From contig CM082581.2 in NCBI GenBank assembly GCA_040954595.2, positions 9,217,878 to 9,281,877 of the forward strand: a stretch of 64,000 nucleotides of DNA. The letters are read 5' to 3'. Source of the DNA: Balanoglossus misakiensis. Its lineage: Eukaryota > Animalia > Hemichordata. Made by a program: the position numbers and the translations under genes. Positions within the stretch are counted from its first letter, which is position 1; each line of letters starts with the position of its first letter. Positions 1 through 14,300 of this stretch are shown here, one piece after another. The notes under the pieces are model-generated. The model searched no databases. It worked only from the letters and a program-made list of their open reading frames with translations, and was not told the origin of the DNA.

Positions 1-1666
1 TAAGGAACCACGGATATTTGCCTGTAAGTCGAGCGAGCACCCAACACTGGCACAATAAGCGATCTTCATTTCCATCACGTAAGGTCCATTAAGGCCTTAC
101 AATATTTGATAGCTGAAGTCGGCAGTACATTGGAGTGTAGTCTGTTGATTACGTTGTGACTGACGACAGGGAAATAGCCAAAGAATGGGTTCCCGCGTGT
201 TTCCTCTGTACCACACGCTGTCCTCAGACAGGGAAAGCTTGTGACTAACCTGGTAAATAATACACGGAATAAACTCCTGCCAATCTAAATTATGGAGAAG
301 TATATCCAGAACAGTCGGGCTGGGATAAAAAACACGGTATTAATAGTTAAAATAGGGCTTGTTGATGTACAGAAAGTGGAAGATAAACTGTTGATGGAAA
401 AAGTCGATGGAAAAAAAGCATGATTGTTTATTTTAATACTGGTGTCTGAAGTTCTGAATTATTGTGCCTGTGTTGGTGGAATTTTAAAACATTTTCTTCA
501 AATAGCCTGCTTGTTTCTGTCGTCGACGTTTTAAAACTGACAAGGACATTCCCTTGGAAGATTGCCTTCCAGAAGGCTTTGCAACCATTCGTTCATTTTC
601 AACCTAAAACATGTGTCAGTGTTTCTATGGGCAACCAAATTAATACCGTTACTTCTAGATCTCCTTGAAGTAACGGCCGGATACTTCGTAAGATTACAAA
701 AGGGAATTACTCAATGTTTCGGAGAGCTACGATAATGAAAAAGGGGGAAGAACAGGCTGTTTTCAAATAAGCGAGTAACATACCCTTTTGTAAAGATCAT
801 TCTCAAGTTAAAGTAATTATTTCGGTTGGAAGAAAATACACGCACAACCTTGCAAAAAATGGCGGCCACAGAAAAATGTGCTCTGACTATACTTCCCACC
901 CCTCTGGCACAAAATGGTTCTTCCCTTACATGCTTTCTAGTTGATGCTCGTTTACGATTCCTACTAACCTTGTCTTGCAGACGATACTCAGGCTGGCATA
1001 GTGTGATTTTGTATCGAACTAAAGATTTGTGCGACCTGTACCTCATAAGCCTTTTCTATAATATTTCTCTTACGTATCAATAAATAAATGTTCGTGGATA
1101 GATTTGCGACTTCAATCTACTGTAAGCCATGCTTGCAATAATACCCGAATGCAAGCAAGGGGGGAAGGGTCATTAACGTGCAAGTGAGATAACTGTGGAC
1201 GCTAACGTGATCAGTGGGGAAAATCATCCTTTCGCGTGTAACAGTCGAACAAACGGGTTAATCCGCACACACTTGTTATTATTGAATGGTGGTTATTAAA
1301 TTCTTGAGTCCAATTACTTTCGCTTGTATGCCGCGCCCGACTTTGAATAGAAATGTCTCGCGGGCTGGGGAATTTGTTCGCCTGTGAAAGCGGCAACAGA
1401 TATCGTTTGCTTGATGAATGGCGGAACGGCGTTCTCATCTCTCTTGTTAACCTTTAAGTATTGCCACTATCTCCAAGCTCATCAACGTTCGTTGCTGTGT
1501 GGATAATAGATGTTATATCTTCTGTTTCCTGTACCGGTGGCATATACGCATGCATAGTCACACACATGTACACGCATATATGCATCCACGCACGCACGCA
1601 CAAATATGCACGCTTGCATGCTTGCACTCTTGCTTGTCTGCCTGTCTGTCTGCCGGCATACATTAG

Positions 1667-1707
1667 CATCCATCCATCCATCCATCCATCCATCCATCCA
1701 TCCATCC

Positions 1708-1751
<44 letters not shown>
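1667..1751. repeat. Compound microsatellite (CATC)n(CAGA)n
   Basis: About 10 CATC units followed by about 11 CAGA units. Explains the low-complexity ORFs at 1454-1873. Confidence 0.97.
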
Positions 1752-4700
1752 GGGCAGGCACGCACGCACGAACACGCGCATAAAGCGTGAAATGAAATAA
1801 CCTCAATTTTAATCAGTCTTAAGTACTCATTGTGTACTAGTGATCTCGTGTGATCCGTTCTTCCCTTTGACATTCACGATGACCATGATTAGTCAATCGC
1901 AGATGCTGCGTGTATGGCGAGAGAACATTCATGCAGTCATTTCATTTGACTGCATGGGGTAAAAACACGAGTTTCAATCGTCCAAAGCTGAATGTCTGCG
2001 ATGCAGTATGCACTTCAGTATTGACCAGGTGATAAGCTTTCTGTCTGGGGATTAACGGACGTGATCAACTATGCGCTAATTAGTTGTCCGGAGATCAAGA
2101 ACAACAGTAAATTCTAGCGTTCACTCTTGCACACACTGAAATGACACGCATGAAAGCGTCCTCGAGGGGCAGAAATCCGTGATGGGCAATCGTAAAAGAA
2201 TACCACAGATGCTCCTTCCTATAGGTCGCGACACCCAGGTCTTTTAATGATTGCGAAGTTCTGTTGGGAAAGAAGGAATTGCAAAGGCGTGTGATTAACA
2301 GCCGCGTCAGGGACCGAGTGTGGTTTCGGAAATGGGGAAGTGATCGACTAGCTTTTAAAGTTTATGATGGTTGATTTATTGGAAACCGCATTGTCATTAC
2401 GTGAAACGCGTGTTTCTTATGGCCGGCAGTTAAAATTGATTATGAAGAACAGGTTGCTGAGGTTCGTTTGTCTGAGAGCAGAGAGCTAACAAAGCCTTAT
2501 TTAGGATGTCTTGTCGAGCGCAGATATAAATTTATTAGCAGCACTTATTAGCTGTGGTTATGAAGGTGTAAATCTCAACTACTTCCCGTCTGCTTTAAGT
2601 GTTTACTCTGTAGGGAAACTAATAATCCTTTCGCACCGTTTACAACGCTGGCTTATCGTTGCTATGAGCCGATGCTTCGAACACAACCGACAGAAATCGG
2701 AATATGTAATGTGTATCTTGGATCTGTTATACGTGTAGCACTTACAACACCAGGCTTTCATGAAACCTCGCAACGTTTCCTCGGTGTATCCATGGCATTT
2801 AGTATTTGAAGCCGTGTAATGTTCGTCATTCTGAATTTAGCAAGGTTCTGCTTCCCTTTACCCGTTCACGACATCACGTCTGCACTGTGTTCGTTTAGCA
2901 GAACACAAAAGAAATTCTTGGGCGATATGCGGTTCCTTTGTCGTCTGCTGGGTTTTTTTGCATCGCCGGGGGTATACCTAAAAGCCCTCAAACGAACACA
3001 CAAAACGTGATTTCATAGTATCGCAAGCAATGCTATCAGTAAAATTTATCGTCGTTTTTCTTATTCTACGTAGCCATGACTACGACTTTTTTGTCAAGCT
3101 TGCCGTTTCTATGCTTGTATTTTAGACACTACCCTAACGATAACAGATGTTTTCATTTCTCTTACCACAACCAGAATGGCAAAAAATCGAGTATCTGTAC
3201 CAGGTAAACATTCGAATACTATTTCGCTATGTAAGCTTATGCCCCAGATTCTGCCATGGTTTCAAACTGTAACCGGTAAGCACCATGTTTTATTTTGCCT
3301 ATCGTTGATTACACTACACCGAACTATCTGTTATTGTTTGAAAACGGTTGGGACATATTAGTATTTCCTAATTGTGCTCAGGTGTCCGAAGAGAACGACA
3401 ATGCAAGCATTTAACGACCGCATAAAGTCGACTCATATGTTCAAAGAATTCCTTGAGACCGCGCGGAGTGCTTAATTAACGACGCTCAAGCGCAGACATC
3501 CCTCCCTTATCGCCAATTGGAACACGACCTGGAGGTACTCATCTATTCGCAGAATTTAAAGTTCTAGGCCGACTATTCAAATTCGCAAAAAAAGGTTACG
3601 TTCGTGACAAAGAACTGCGCTCCTGGGACGAGTGTAATGAACGATGATTGCGGCTTTGGGCGGGAAGGGCTCGGTATCCATGGTGATTAGCTGTTTTAAT
3701 CTGTAATTATCAAGTGACAGGCCATCACTAAACTTTGAACGAGTCCCATTCAAACCGATGCTTTTCGATCTATGCTATGGAAGTCAGGGGGACGTTGTTA
3801 ATCGTCAGACAGCCTTCTATACTACAAGCCATCATTCTCCATCTTTTGATTTCAATGGCCGTCGCCAGAGAATCCGAAAGAAATTCTGCAGAGAACAGGC
3901 GCCACACGCAAATTGAGCGTCACGCTAGACTATTTCTGTCATCCGTACTTGTGCATGGCTTTCAGTTGCCTATGTTGAAGTTGAACGGCGGATGTATACA
4001 TTATTCATAAGTAGGTGTAATCCGGGTGATTTGGTATTAAAAGATGGATTCTGGCGAATTATCGCCAAATAATCACAAAATCTGTAACCCGCCAAGTATT
4101 TTACGGTTTCTTCAAGTAATGCACATAAATAATGCATGCTGTTGGTGTCTGTAAATAAGTCTGCCTGCCTGCTTGTCTGTCTGTCTGGTTTGGGCTGCAA
4201 GATACCGAAGGATGTTCCTTCTTCCTTCTTTTACAAAATAAACAGCATTTGAACATCTTTTCTATCCAACCCGCCACTTCAGATGGGAAAACAGAAATGC
4301 CATCTCTTTGCTTGGGTGACTTGCCTTTGAAGCATCAACGGCAATCGTCTCTATATACCTTCCGTTTTCGGCAATCAGCGGAGATAAGGAAGGTTGTCGT
4401 GCGCACATGCACCGGCCTGTGAGTGTGAGTCGCACACAAACAGGGCCGCCCTGGCTGATTGGCGCATTTAGTTGGCCATTTTGCCCCGTGGCTTCAAGCA
4501 GAACCTTTCGGGCAGAAGTTAAGCATTGCCCATCTAGTGCCTGAGTCACGTAGAATGTTCATTTGACACTCTTTTCCCCTCCCTCTCTCATCGCCAATCA
4601 TCGAATTGTGGTTTTATCTTGTGATAATAGTGGTTCGTGTAACATTAAACACATATAACCTTTTTGTGGCAAAACAAACCTGACGTAGTGCAAATGACAG

Positions 4701-5272
4701 GAATACAACGCAGAATCCTGGAACTGAACGTTGAACTTTTTTTCCAGATTTCGCAGTTCAAGAGATTTAACATTTTGAATACATATGGGATTAAGATAAA
4801 ATCCTAAGACATTACTCTTCCTTTCCACATCTATTGATTTTTGCCAGTCCGTTTCATGCATCTACCATTTTATGCCTCTGACACGCTAATCTAATATACC
4901 CGTTGCTATGGGAATTAACCAAGTCTCGCGAGATCTCGCAATGAGCGGGAAATCGTCACAACGCCATCTACGACCAGTATTGTTACATACACGTAATAGC
5001 CCATCACTACGTTGCGGCCTCGTCAACTCAACTCAACTGAATGTTGATCGCCAAAGACGGGTTCACTGAGGTCTACTCATTTTGTGAACCACTTGCATAT
5101 ATGCGTTCATAAAAAGGGTCGCATACTATCGCTAACTTGATTTTATTACTGAATAGAGATATTCAAAGGAAATCTCCATTTCCGGTTTCATTTACTTCAC
5201 TTGCCGGCCTCTCAAGTATTCCTGGCCTTGGGAGGAGACACAGACGAAAAGAATGCTAGTTCCTAACGAATG

Positions 5273-5338
5273 TTGACCTCATCTGAACTATGGGGACGCA
5301 TGGTCTTTGACCTCACCTGAACTAGGGACGCATGGCCT
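5273..5338. promoter_or_regulatory. Tandem ~33-bp duplication, each unit containing a DR4 nuclear-receptor element
   Basis: TGACCT-catc-TGAACT at 5274-5289 and TGACCT-cacc-TGAACT at 5308-5323. The sequence is seen directly; regulatory function is inferred. Confidence 0.45.
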
Positions 5339-8300
5339 TGAATCAGTCACCCGAACCATGAGTATGTACGCACTTGTTTGATGTTGCTCTAGCTAGACTG
5401 TTTGAATTTCTTCATTCGATTACCTCTAATGACAACCAAAGTACAGCTGATTGACCCCCTCCGTGATCGCTAACACTGTTCTGACGAACTGAATGTTGAT
5501 TGCCGAAAGACGCACAACAACGGGAAGCCAAGTTATCGAGCGTTCTTTCCAAAGAATTTACTGGACTGGAATCATTCAATATATTTCGCCGTGAGCACAA
5601 TTTATGTGGAATAGTAGTTGGGAATTACCCATATTTCGACTTTCCCCTGTGTGTTCTGATAGTTGATCTGAGAGTATTAAAACCCACAAATGTCACATTG
5701 AAGGACTTACATATTACAATATTAAATTTTGTTAGTGCCATGACTGTTTAACGCGGTATATCTAAACGAACGATGAGGGTTGAACTATCTAGAAATATAA
5801 ACAAAAACACGGCGTATGGGTGTAACTAGAATAAGGTTATTAAATTGTCGTAGGAAACAGAATAAACGGCAACCTTGAATTTGTCTCTCTTACCAGATTC
5901 TCTGTTTGGCGCTTTCAGCACGACTTTCCAAGTAGTCACAACTCGTATCAGACTATTGCCAGAAACACACATGATGGTAGCTCAAGGGCCCTAACCCTAA
6001 ATGTGAGTATCGATGGGGCGAGTGACGCCACGAAGATACAGACTGTCTTTGAATAATGAGGATTTTTTATATATAAAAACATACGTCGTCACTGTGTCGA
6101 AACAGCTCGCAGCAACTGTTGGTGATGACGAAAAAGATGTGTTCATCATTCGCAGTCGATGGTCCACCTTTGTATGACGTGGTATTTGTTTTTAAACGTG
6201 TTTATGATCAACAACAGAAAATATGTGATTATTACAGACTCGGTATAGTGGCGTCTTTTCATGTTCTTTTCGGCCCCGATCTGAAACCCTTTTTCGCCAT
6301 TTGAGAGTTAATTTGTTGGCCAAGCCGAATTTCATTGAATGATTTACGGGTTCACGGCATAATGAACCAATATTATGTGAAAATGATTTTTTGTACATTG
6401 TCGCGAGTTTTTATCTTAATATGTGCTATGTGGTTAATATAACACCTACAGAGTATATAAAGTGTTATTTCGATAACGCCTCGAGGTGTGTGTTGGGGAA
6501 TATAGAGCTGAAAATGTGTTGTGATACTTGACTTCTTCAAGGTTTACTGCGGTTGGATAGCCTTCTCTAACAGATGACTCTACTCCGCCGCTCATGCAGC
6601 GAATAGAAAAAATCGATCAAAGCACGAATTCACCCCTTGTTTGTACATATAACGCAGCGTTTGCTTAAATTGTAAAGTGGGTCTGTCAAGCCTAGATAAT
6701 CGAAATACTCTTGAAGTTTTATTCTGGTGGTGTGTTTTCCTTCTGCTGCCATTCACGATTTGCTTCAATGCTACGTGTCGTTTTAACCCAAGCATGTGAC
6801 ACACTTTTTAAAGGCGACATCTTAACAGTATATAAACTGCATTAGAGCCCGGGGGTGTCGCTTAGCTTTTAAAATGAGATGAAACTAAAAGATATTGCAG
6901 ACGTTTTGCTTGTTTTAGTTCAATATGTAGCAGTTCGCGATCACTATCCCTTTGAGTAGAATGTTATCGTAGCGCGAGAAACTTAATTAGTCAAATCGCA
7001 AAACCAGGTGAAAGTGGCTATCAAGGATTTCCATGACTAGGCGTCCGTGATCTGGAGCCAACTTGATGAAATAAAACACAAAATCAACACGGAGCAGAGT
7101 ATCTATATTTGCCTGCGTCATCGGTCATTGGTCTGTGAAAATATCTAGAGCACTTGTTTTTTGTTTCTATTGCAATCGGTAATTATTGTCCACTTATCAC
7201 AGCACACTACACAGCCCTGACATGTCTTACAAAGGCTGAATGTGTTTGAAGCAATTTCCTTTTCGGTCGAATTGAAAATTCCCAAGAGGCGGTTTTTCTC
7301 CGAGCCGCCGCGAAACATGACACCAACATTTGCGGTTTCTTGTCTCTTTTCGTTACCATGGCGACCAGGATGACGGAGACGGCCGGTGTCACACTGAGTT
7401 AAAACGCACGTCACCTTGTTAGCGCCATGCACGACTTCGTGACACACGACTTCGGGTTTGTGGTGGTTTTGCTTTTTTACGAAATGTCGCGCGTCAACTT
7501 CGGGAGGATTTGAAAATTTAGGGTTGCTATTGCTAGCGCAACTGTTTGCCATTCACTAAAAATCTGTTGGCTATACTGTTTTTCTATTTTGCACAGATGA
7601 CCGTATTCATGTACCTTTAAAAAGTTACAATTTACATATGTATAATTAAAATGGCTCTTCCAAATCTTCTTATGACCTTCTGGTGGCGCACATTTTCGTG
7701 TGGCCACCCAAGTGAAACTCCGTCATTGGCTAAATCTCCACCTCCCACGGTAAATGTGGATAAATTTACATATAGATGATCATATATACCTTAAATACAA
7801 AATGTATATTCAACCCATATATACCTTAAATATATTCAGCTCCTTTCCTTTCAACGACACAAAGCGAGAGGCGGGTTAACTTACGGAAAGACCGCGAACG
7901 ATGCTTGCTTTATTTTGAGAGAGGGAACTGTCGCTATGGTGACACCAGTCTACCCCAGTGGTAAAATGTACGACGGTAGTGCGCTCAACTGGTTATTCAT
8001 GCCTATTATATCAATTTGAGTTTCAGCAATCTGGCGTTTATACGTCACAGAGCTAATTTGCCATTGGGTCGGCTTCTCCTATCTTTAAGTTTATCATCCA
8101 GGCGTTTTAATACCGATTCAATTTCAGAAAGGAATGACATCTTCGATCAAATAGTTTACACAGACAAGTCGACGATTCAACAGTTGTCCAACTGTGCACA
8201 TGCGGTGTTTAGTATCCAACTAAAAAGTACATTTGCGTGTATTCCAATCAAGGTAGGCTTTCCAAGATTACCACTGAACGAGCGTGGACCGAAATTTGAT

Positions 8301-11300
8301 TATTCAAAAAGGTCATTCTCTCGGTGAGGTAATCCCGTCAAGGCTTGTAAGGAAATCTGATTTGACGCCAATTACCGATGAGAAGTGGGTTTAATGTCGA
8401 AATCCAAAATAGGCCGAAAAATTGGCAACAAGTCCTATATACATGGCAGTGGATTATTTGCTGCTCTATGAAGACGCGTCTCCTTTGGAAAAAGTGATGC
8501 TTGGTGACACGTGAAAGATTAGTCCATTTCCCTAAAAAAAGAGTCGGAAATCGTGATTTCGTGCTAAACCTCGTACTATTTAACGGCTTAGAGACACCTG
8601 ATCTGTGCTGTTGGCGTAATATTCGTAGAGTTTACTTTTTGATGTGTTTCAATAATTTTGTCTCGCGCAATACAGCGATCTGTTAAATAGTCATCTATTC
8701 AAATTCTATTCCAGTAAGTCGTCAACCTTTTTTACCCGCAATGCAAGTATTATCATTATTGTGATTTGACCCCCTAGCACGACGTAAAACCCTATTTACG
8801 ATAGCAAGAATTCGCGGCGATGTTTTCTGAACTAAGAGCTTCCCAACAGTTCGTCATTTCAAATGAAATAATAGTTTAAGTTCAGCGTCTATTTACAACA
8901 CCTTACCCGAGGGCAAATTACATGTCAGCGTAGTTTCGATAAAGATAAAATCCAATTTCTATCTGTCAACTTTTTAATGATTTCTGGCCCACCTTTGAGT
9001 AGTCTCCCATCAGAAGTTGAGCAGAACCACACATTCTTGGCTCTTTCGTGATGGATGTGTAATCTTAAAAGAATAGGTCACCTTCAACTGACATTATTTT
9101 GGGTATTATCACGCCGTGTGATAAAACGTGTTTACGTCGCTGAATGACAGAAAATGATTTGTCGTCAGGTCTGTAATCAAAAACATCTCGAAGATATACG
9201 AGATCAATATTCGATGACACAATTTATAGAATACACTACATAATAAGTCTTCTTGATTCACATTCATGTAAGCAGTGTGTGTATAGAGAGCAATAACTCA
9301 AGATCCACAATGTCTCTGTAAGCATGCCAGACAGAAATAATTTCTCACATTAAAGACAAATGGCGAAAAATGGTCAAAGATGGCGATGACAACTCTTTTT
9401 CGCCTTCAATCATTTTCATAATCAAAGGCGGTGTGCGGGAAACTAGCTAAAACTCTAGTAGCTGTATCTTTGTGGCTAATTGCATTAGATACACAGAACA
9501 ATATACTGGGGAAAATAGCCAGCTGATGAATGTCTCCTTCAAGTAAGTGCACTTGTCGTGAGTCAATGACGTATTACTTCATGAGCGAAGCATAATAGTA
9601 TTAAGTATGACTCTACCCTGATTGGTACTTTTAAAATTGTTCTGTGGCGGACCAGGCATTTTTCCTGCCATGTATGATAGCGATTACTGGGACCAATGTT
9701 AATGTCATATATGCTCTCGAGTCGCCTCGGGATTTACTTTTAGCTTAACGGTCGGTGTTCCGGTTCTTACTCTATTTCCCGGGTCCCTCGGCGCAACTGA
9801 ATCGATAGGCTGGTGTGAATTTACGTAAGCTGACGCACGCATTTGCGACTTCGATGTATGCTGACGTATGATGCATTCGTGTCCAAATTTGCAAGGTGCG
9901 TATCGCAGGTACGGAAAGCCTACTCTCTTCGATTTTTAGCGAGAATGCTAAAACGCGTTTTAAAATTTCACCGATAATCTTCACAATATTAATCTTCTCT
10001 CTATCAATGCACTCCGCTCAAAGAAAACATCGTCGAGGAAAAGCGTTAACACGCGAAACTTTTTTAACTGCCCCGAGGCCACCGCCAAAAGACATCCCAT
10101 GCAGAGCGCCGATGAATTAAATAAATACATTAAAACCGGTCTTTGCATAATGATTTCTGCTCTGAAACCGTTCTATGCCTCCTACTGGTATTCCCCGTGG
10201 GTGTAAGAATTGCTCGCAAATGGAGCACTTCGTTCAGGAGAACACGCAACACAATCGCCCCTCGGGAACGGGTACACTTAGAAATTCGAACCAGAATTCG
10301 AATATTATCGAACCGTAGATATGACTGCTACACACCTGAGTTCCCTTAATAGATAAGCCTCACAATTAATCAGGGCGCGAATCTTCAGCTCTCTTTACCA
10401 GAGAGACTGCAGACACGATAACCTTTGCGTTTGTGATAAAAAAAAACACAGAGCTGTGAAATTTCGTGGTTTTATTTTTGATGACGGTAATCCGACAGTG
10501 TCAAGTTGAGCAGGCTTCGGTTTTGACAAGTAACATTTGAACCTCTCTTCTCCGAGTTCGATAAAGACGAACCTACTTCAAGCATAAGCAGTGCCTATAA
10601 CATCCATATTGTACCGTTTCCATGGTAACCTTTACTCAAAGTGATGGGAGTCATAATTCTCACTTTTTTTCTGGTAGCATTGTAAAGTTAGGCAACTGGA
10701 TACCTAAAGGTATATCGAGGAACAAGGTTGCTCCGCTGGCTATAGTCTTGTCTGTTTAACAAGATGCTTTTAATAGCATAATAACATTGTTTGAATATTG
10801 ACCAGTTATATGAGACGCGTGACCTTGTGCATTCGAGATGCGGTTTCGTAATCCCTTTCAAAGGAAGTTCAATATCAAGAAACACGATCTCGAACCTCAA
10901 GGAACGTTATCAGATCATCGCGACATCATTAGCGAGTAAGCTTTATTGCATAGGCAATCGAACTTTTCGTATACGCCTAGCCTACAGGTCGTCGCTCAAA
11001 GAGTTGCACGTTCTAATAAGACGTATACCATAATATTTGGCGCCACTGCGTACAGTAAAGCATTCAAATTAATTAAGACCGCAAGTAAAAACGCAGTAAA
11101 GACCTGATATATCACGACACAGTACAGAACCAATAGACCCTAGAGAAACTATAGAACCAATAGTCGCGTGATTCGCCATAAATGGATGGAAAGAATTTGG
11201 TCCGTAATAGGCTGAGGCAGAAATAGCATAATGATGCGAGTTCACTATGTGAGACTTGGTGATACCGTGTAAAAGATAAGAAGTTACATCATCACGATTC

Positions 11301-14300
11301 AGTGAAGAGTTCGTCGTCACCATGGCAGCACCGGTTATTTAATTTGGGGTCTGTGATCACCGGGAGATTTTCGTGTCAGTGGGTGAGCAGTATAAACTGC
11401 CTTCTCTAAGACTTATCATTTCCGGATGGAGTGGAAATTTTCCCCCGTCTTGCCAGACTGCCACTTCGCGTGAGCCATGTTGAGCGTGAGCTGTCTTTAT
11501 CCACGGGCAACTCCAATAATTGTAAATTGAGTCAACGCTGCAAAATGCACGTAGGTTGCAGGTTAGTAAGTTATTAAATGTTTGGAATCCTGTTGCAACG
11601 TGGGTATTTTATGTGATATTAAAATATATAATTTCGGTTTAAGTTTGCTTTGATTTTTTAAATTTAATTTAATTTAATTTAATTTGGTGTAAGAAGTATT
11701 GGCATGAAACGCGCAGGTTGCTAATCCTTTCGTCGGGACCAGGGTATTATAGCTGCATGCTTAACTACCTGCTATCGAAAGTAGTCAACTGTCTAGCAAT
11801 CATACCCAAATTGGTTTCGGAAACTTCAACGCACCTCGAAGGCAGCATTTTAGGCACATTTAGGTAATGTTGCTATGGGTACAATCCGGAAAATTAGACT
11901 GTTCTTTCGTCCAGGAAATCGGTATCCGCTAATGACTGGCGGGTAGGCGCTGAGAGGGTAGCAACGGCGAGAATGGTATTCGCTGCTCCTAATGAACCAG
12001 CCTCGAATCCATTATAACCTACAGTCTGACGTCATCAAAGACTCACGCAGAACATAGTAAATACAAAATGACTCGTGTTTAGCAAATATCGTGACTTTTT
12101 ATCGAAATCGTTTGTATGTAGCGAGAGCCATTACACACTTTCGATGACGTGATTTCTGCATGGAAGAGACGAAACCTGCCTAACAAACGCCCACTGAGTT
12201 TCCCCCAGACGAGTAATTCAGCCTCATGGTTATCAGTTCCCTGCACTCTCGTCTACAACGTCTGCAGTGCACTTTAACCTGGGTACCTTTTACTGTCTGC
12301 ACGGTAGGAGCGGGAGCAACAAGTCGCGACTCGGGTATTAATACGAACAACTGCAAAAAACGCCTTTCGTCGTTCGCAAGCCAGCCTGGTTTTGCTCGTC
12401 TCGCCAAATGTAAGAAGTTACAATGGAAAAAAGTTTATCATCGTGAAGTTTGATCGCGTCAGGTAATTCTGAACTTACAGTAATCTGCCAGTCCAATACC
12501 ATAACTGTCGGTGATCGTGCTATGCTTGTGAATCGACCGCCGCGCTATTGATTGCAAGAATTGAAAAACACTTCACGATTTTACCTTTGTTGGCTTAATC
12601 CGCATTAAAAACTGACAAGACATGTACCAAATCCCGTTTCCTTGCCATAAAAAGTTATGTATGTGCGCACAAACTTGACATTACTTTTTCGTGATTGCCT
12701 ACGGCGCTCATTCTATTGCACAGTCCGAGACAAACGACATGTAACTATAGTTACGTGGAAACAAATCTAAAGAAAACACACTTGTAATTTATCAATACAG
12801 CTGCAATAACTGTAAAAAAGGGCGGTTATGTATTTATACCACTTGTTCTGAGAGCACAAACCCAATACATACGTAGAAATTGCCAGTGGATGTAAACTCT
12901 AAAATCTGTTATATTGGAAAGGCGAGTGACAAATGAGAATTACAGAAACCCACAGCAGAAACATGAACAAGACGCAGTTACAAGCAAAAATAGGGCGCTG
13001 GCACAAGATGCATGGAGACACGGCACTTTCAAATAACGTTAAATTCCCTGGGCCTATACTTCAATGATGCGACAATCGTGTGCACACAGAAAAAAAGCTT
13101 GAACCCTGATATTCAATTGAAGCTTTTCCAGACCTGCACAATCGGATAAACCCTGCTGCCTAAGGGTTCTGACATAACTAACAGAGGGAGGGAGGGGTAA
13201 TTCTTTGTGCAAGTATCTGAGGGGGTCATTATACATGTACTTCGTGCGAGGGTGTTCTGATGAACTTGACCAAATGGTTTAAAATACACACACATCATTT
13301 CAAAAGCTTCTTTGGGTGTCCATAATGTAACAACCCAAACGGGTTTTCTTCCGCATCGAATAAAAATAAATGTATATATAGAATTAAATGATTTTGGCTC
13401 TAGCATATTCTCCCAATTTAATAACGCCAAATAAGACCACTTTTCACACTTACAGCAGTTTGCCACTAATGAGACAAAAACAGCTATATATATATCCTAC
13501 CTCTATGATAGTATATATTTGTATGTTGAGGCACAATGCCGGGGGTCACTATTTTAATGCTTATACCGTGCGTGGGGGCTATTAGCGTTCACACCAGCGG
13601 TTGGGGAGGATCTCAATTTTCATGCATCCAGCCCTCCCACGTGAATTATTGACAGGCCCTGGATTCCCACTGGGGGAAAAAAAAACCTAATGTCAAGACT
13701 GCTTCGTCCTTACACCTACACACTTCGTCTAGGAAAGTACGATGCCTGAGCGATCAGCATGCTGCGAACAGATGCCATGCAAAAAAACATATATCGTTGG
13801 GTTGGATTAGCGCAGTGGGTCGTTGTTTTTCATTAAAGCGAGTGCGGTATCTATGTACCCGTTGGTGTCACTTCGATCGCGATAGGGTAATCAATCAGCC
13901 CACTCTCAGGCGCGAATATTAAATATGACCGATCAAATATATATCACATTACCCGAGAAGGTTATTGATATTGACATTTAGGCCTTGCAGCTGATATTGT
14001 AGTCGTACAGCCAAGGTGGTTTACAAGCTGTCAGATTCTCAGACGCGTGTGCCATTATTGTAATCAGAAACATGTATACGCGATACGTTTCAAAGGATCG
14101 GAGAGAAGAAGCGAAGGACATTATGGTCAATAAATTATGATGGAGGAAGAAATTACTCTTTATAGGACTTAGTCTCAAGTAGTGGCGTGCATATTAACGA
14201 ATTCACTCGTGATTATTGTCTCAAATCTTCACAAATAACACATAAATGATAAATAAATAACGGTTTAATCCTGCTTGCACCTGTCAAACACGTTTGTCTT

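Noticed and set aside
1-260. Possible minus-strand exon after an acceptor-like ttatttaccag near 250
   Set aside because: The frame I read closes within the window and shows no recognisable homology; it could be UTR but is unsupported.
1454-1873. Overlapping ORFs with SIHP/QTDR/MDGW repeats
   Set aside because: Translations of the CATC/CAGA microsatellite.
5989-6000. CCCTAACCCTAA telomere-like repeat
   Set aside because: Only two units; compatible with chance.
7781-7840. Short direct duplication catatataccttaaata
   Set aside because: AT-rich local slippage with no further structure.
13180-13665. GGGGGTCA-rich stretch ending aattattgacaggccct, resembling a MITE remnant
   Set aside because: No matching second terminus or TSD could be identified by eye.
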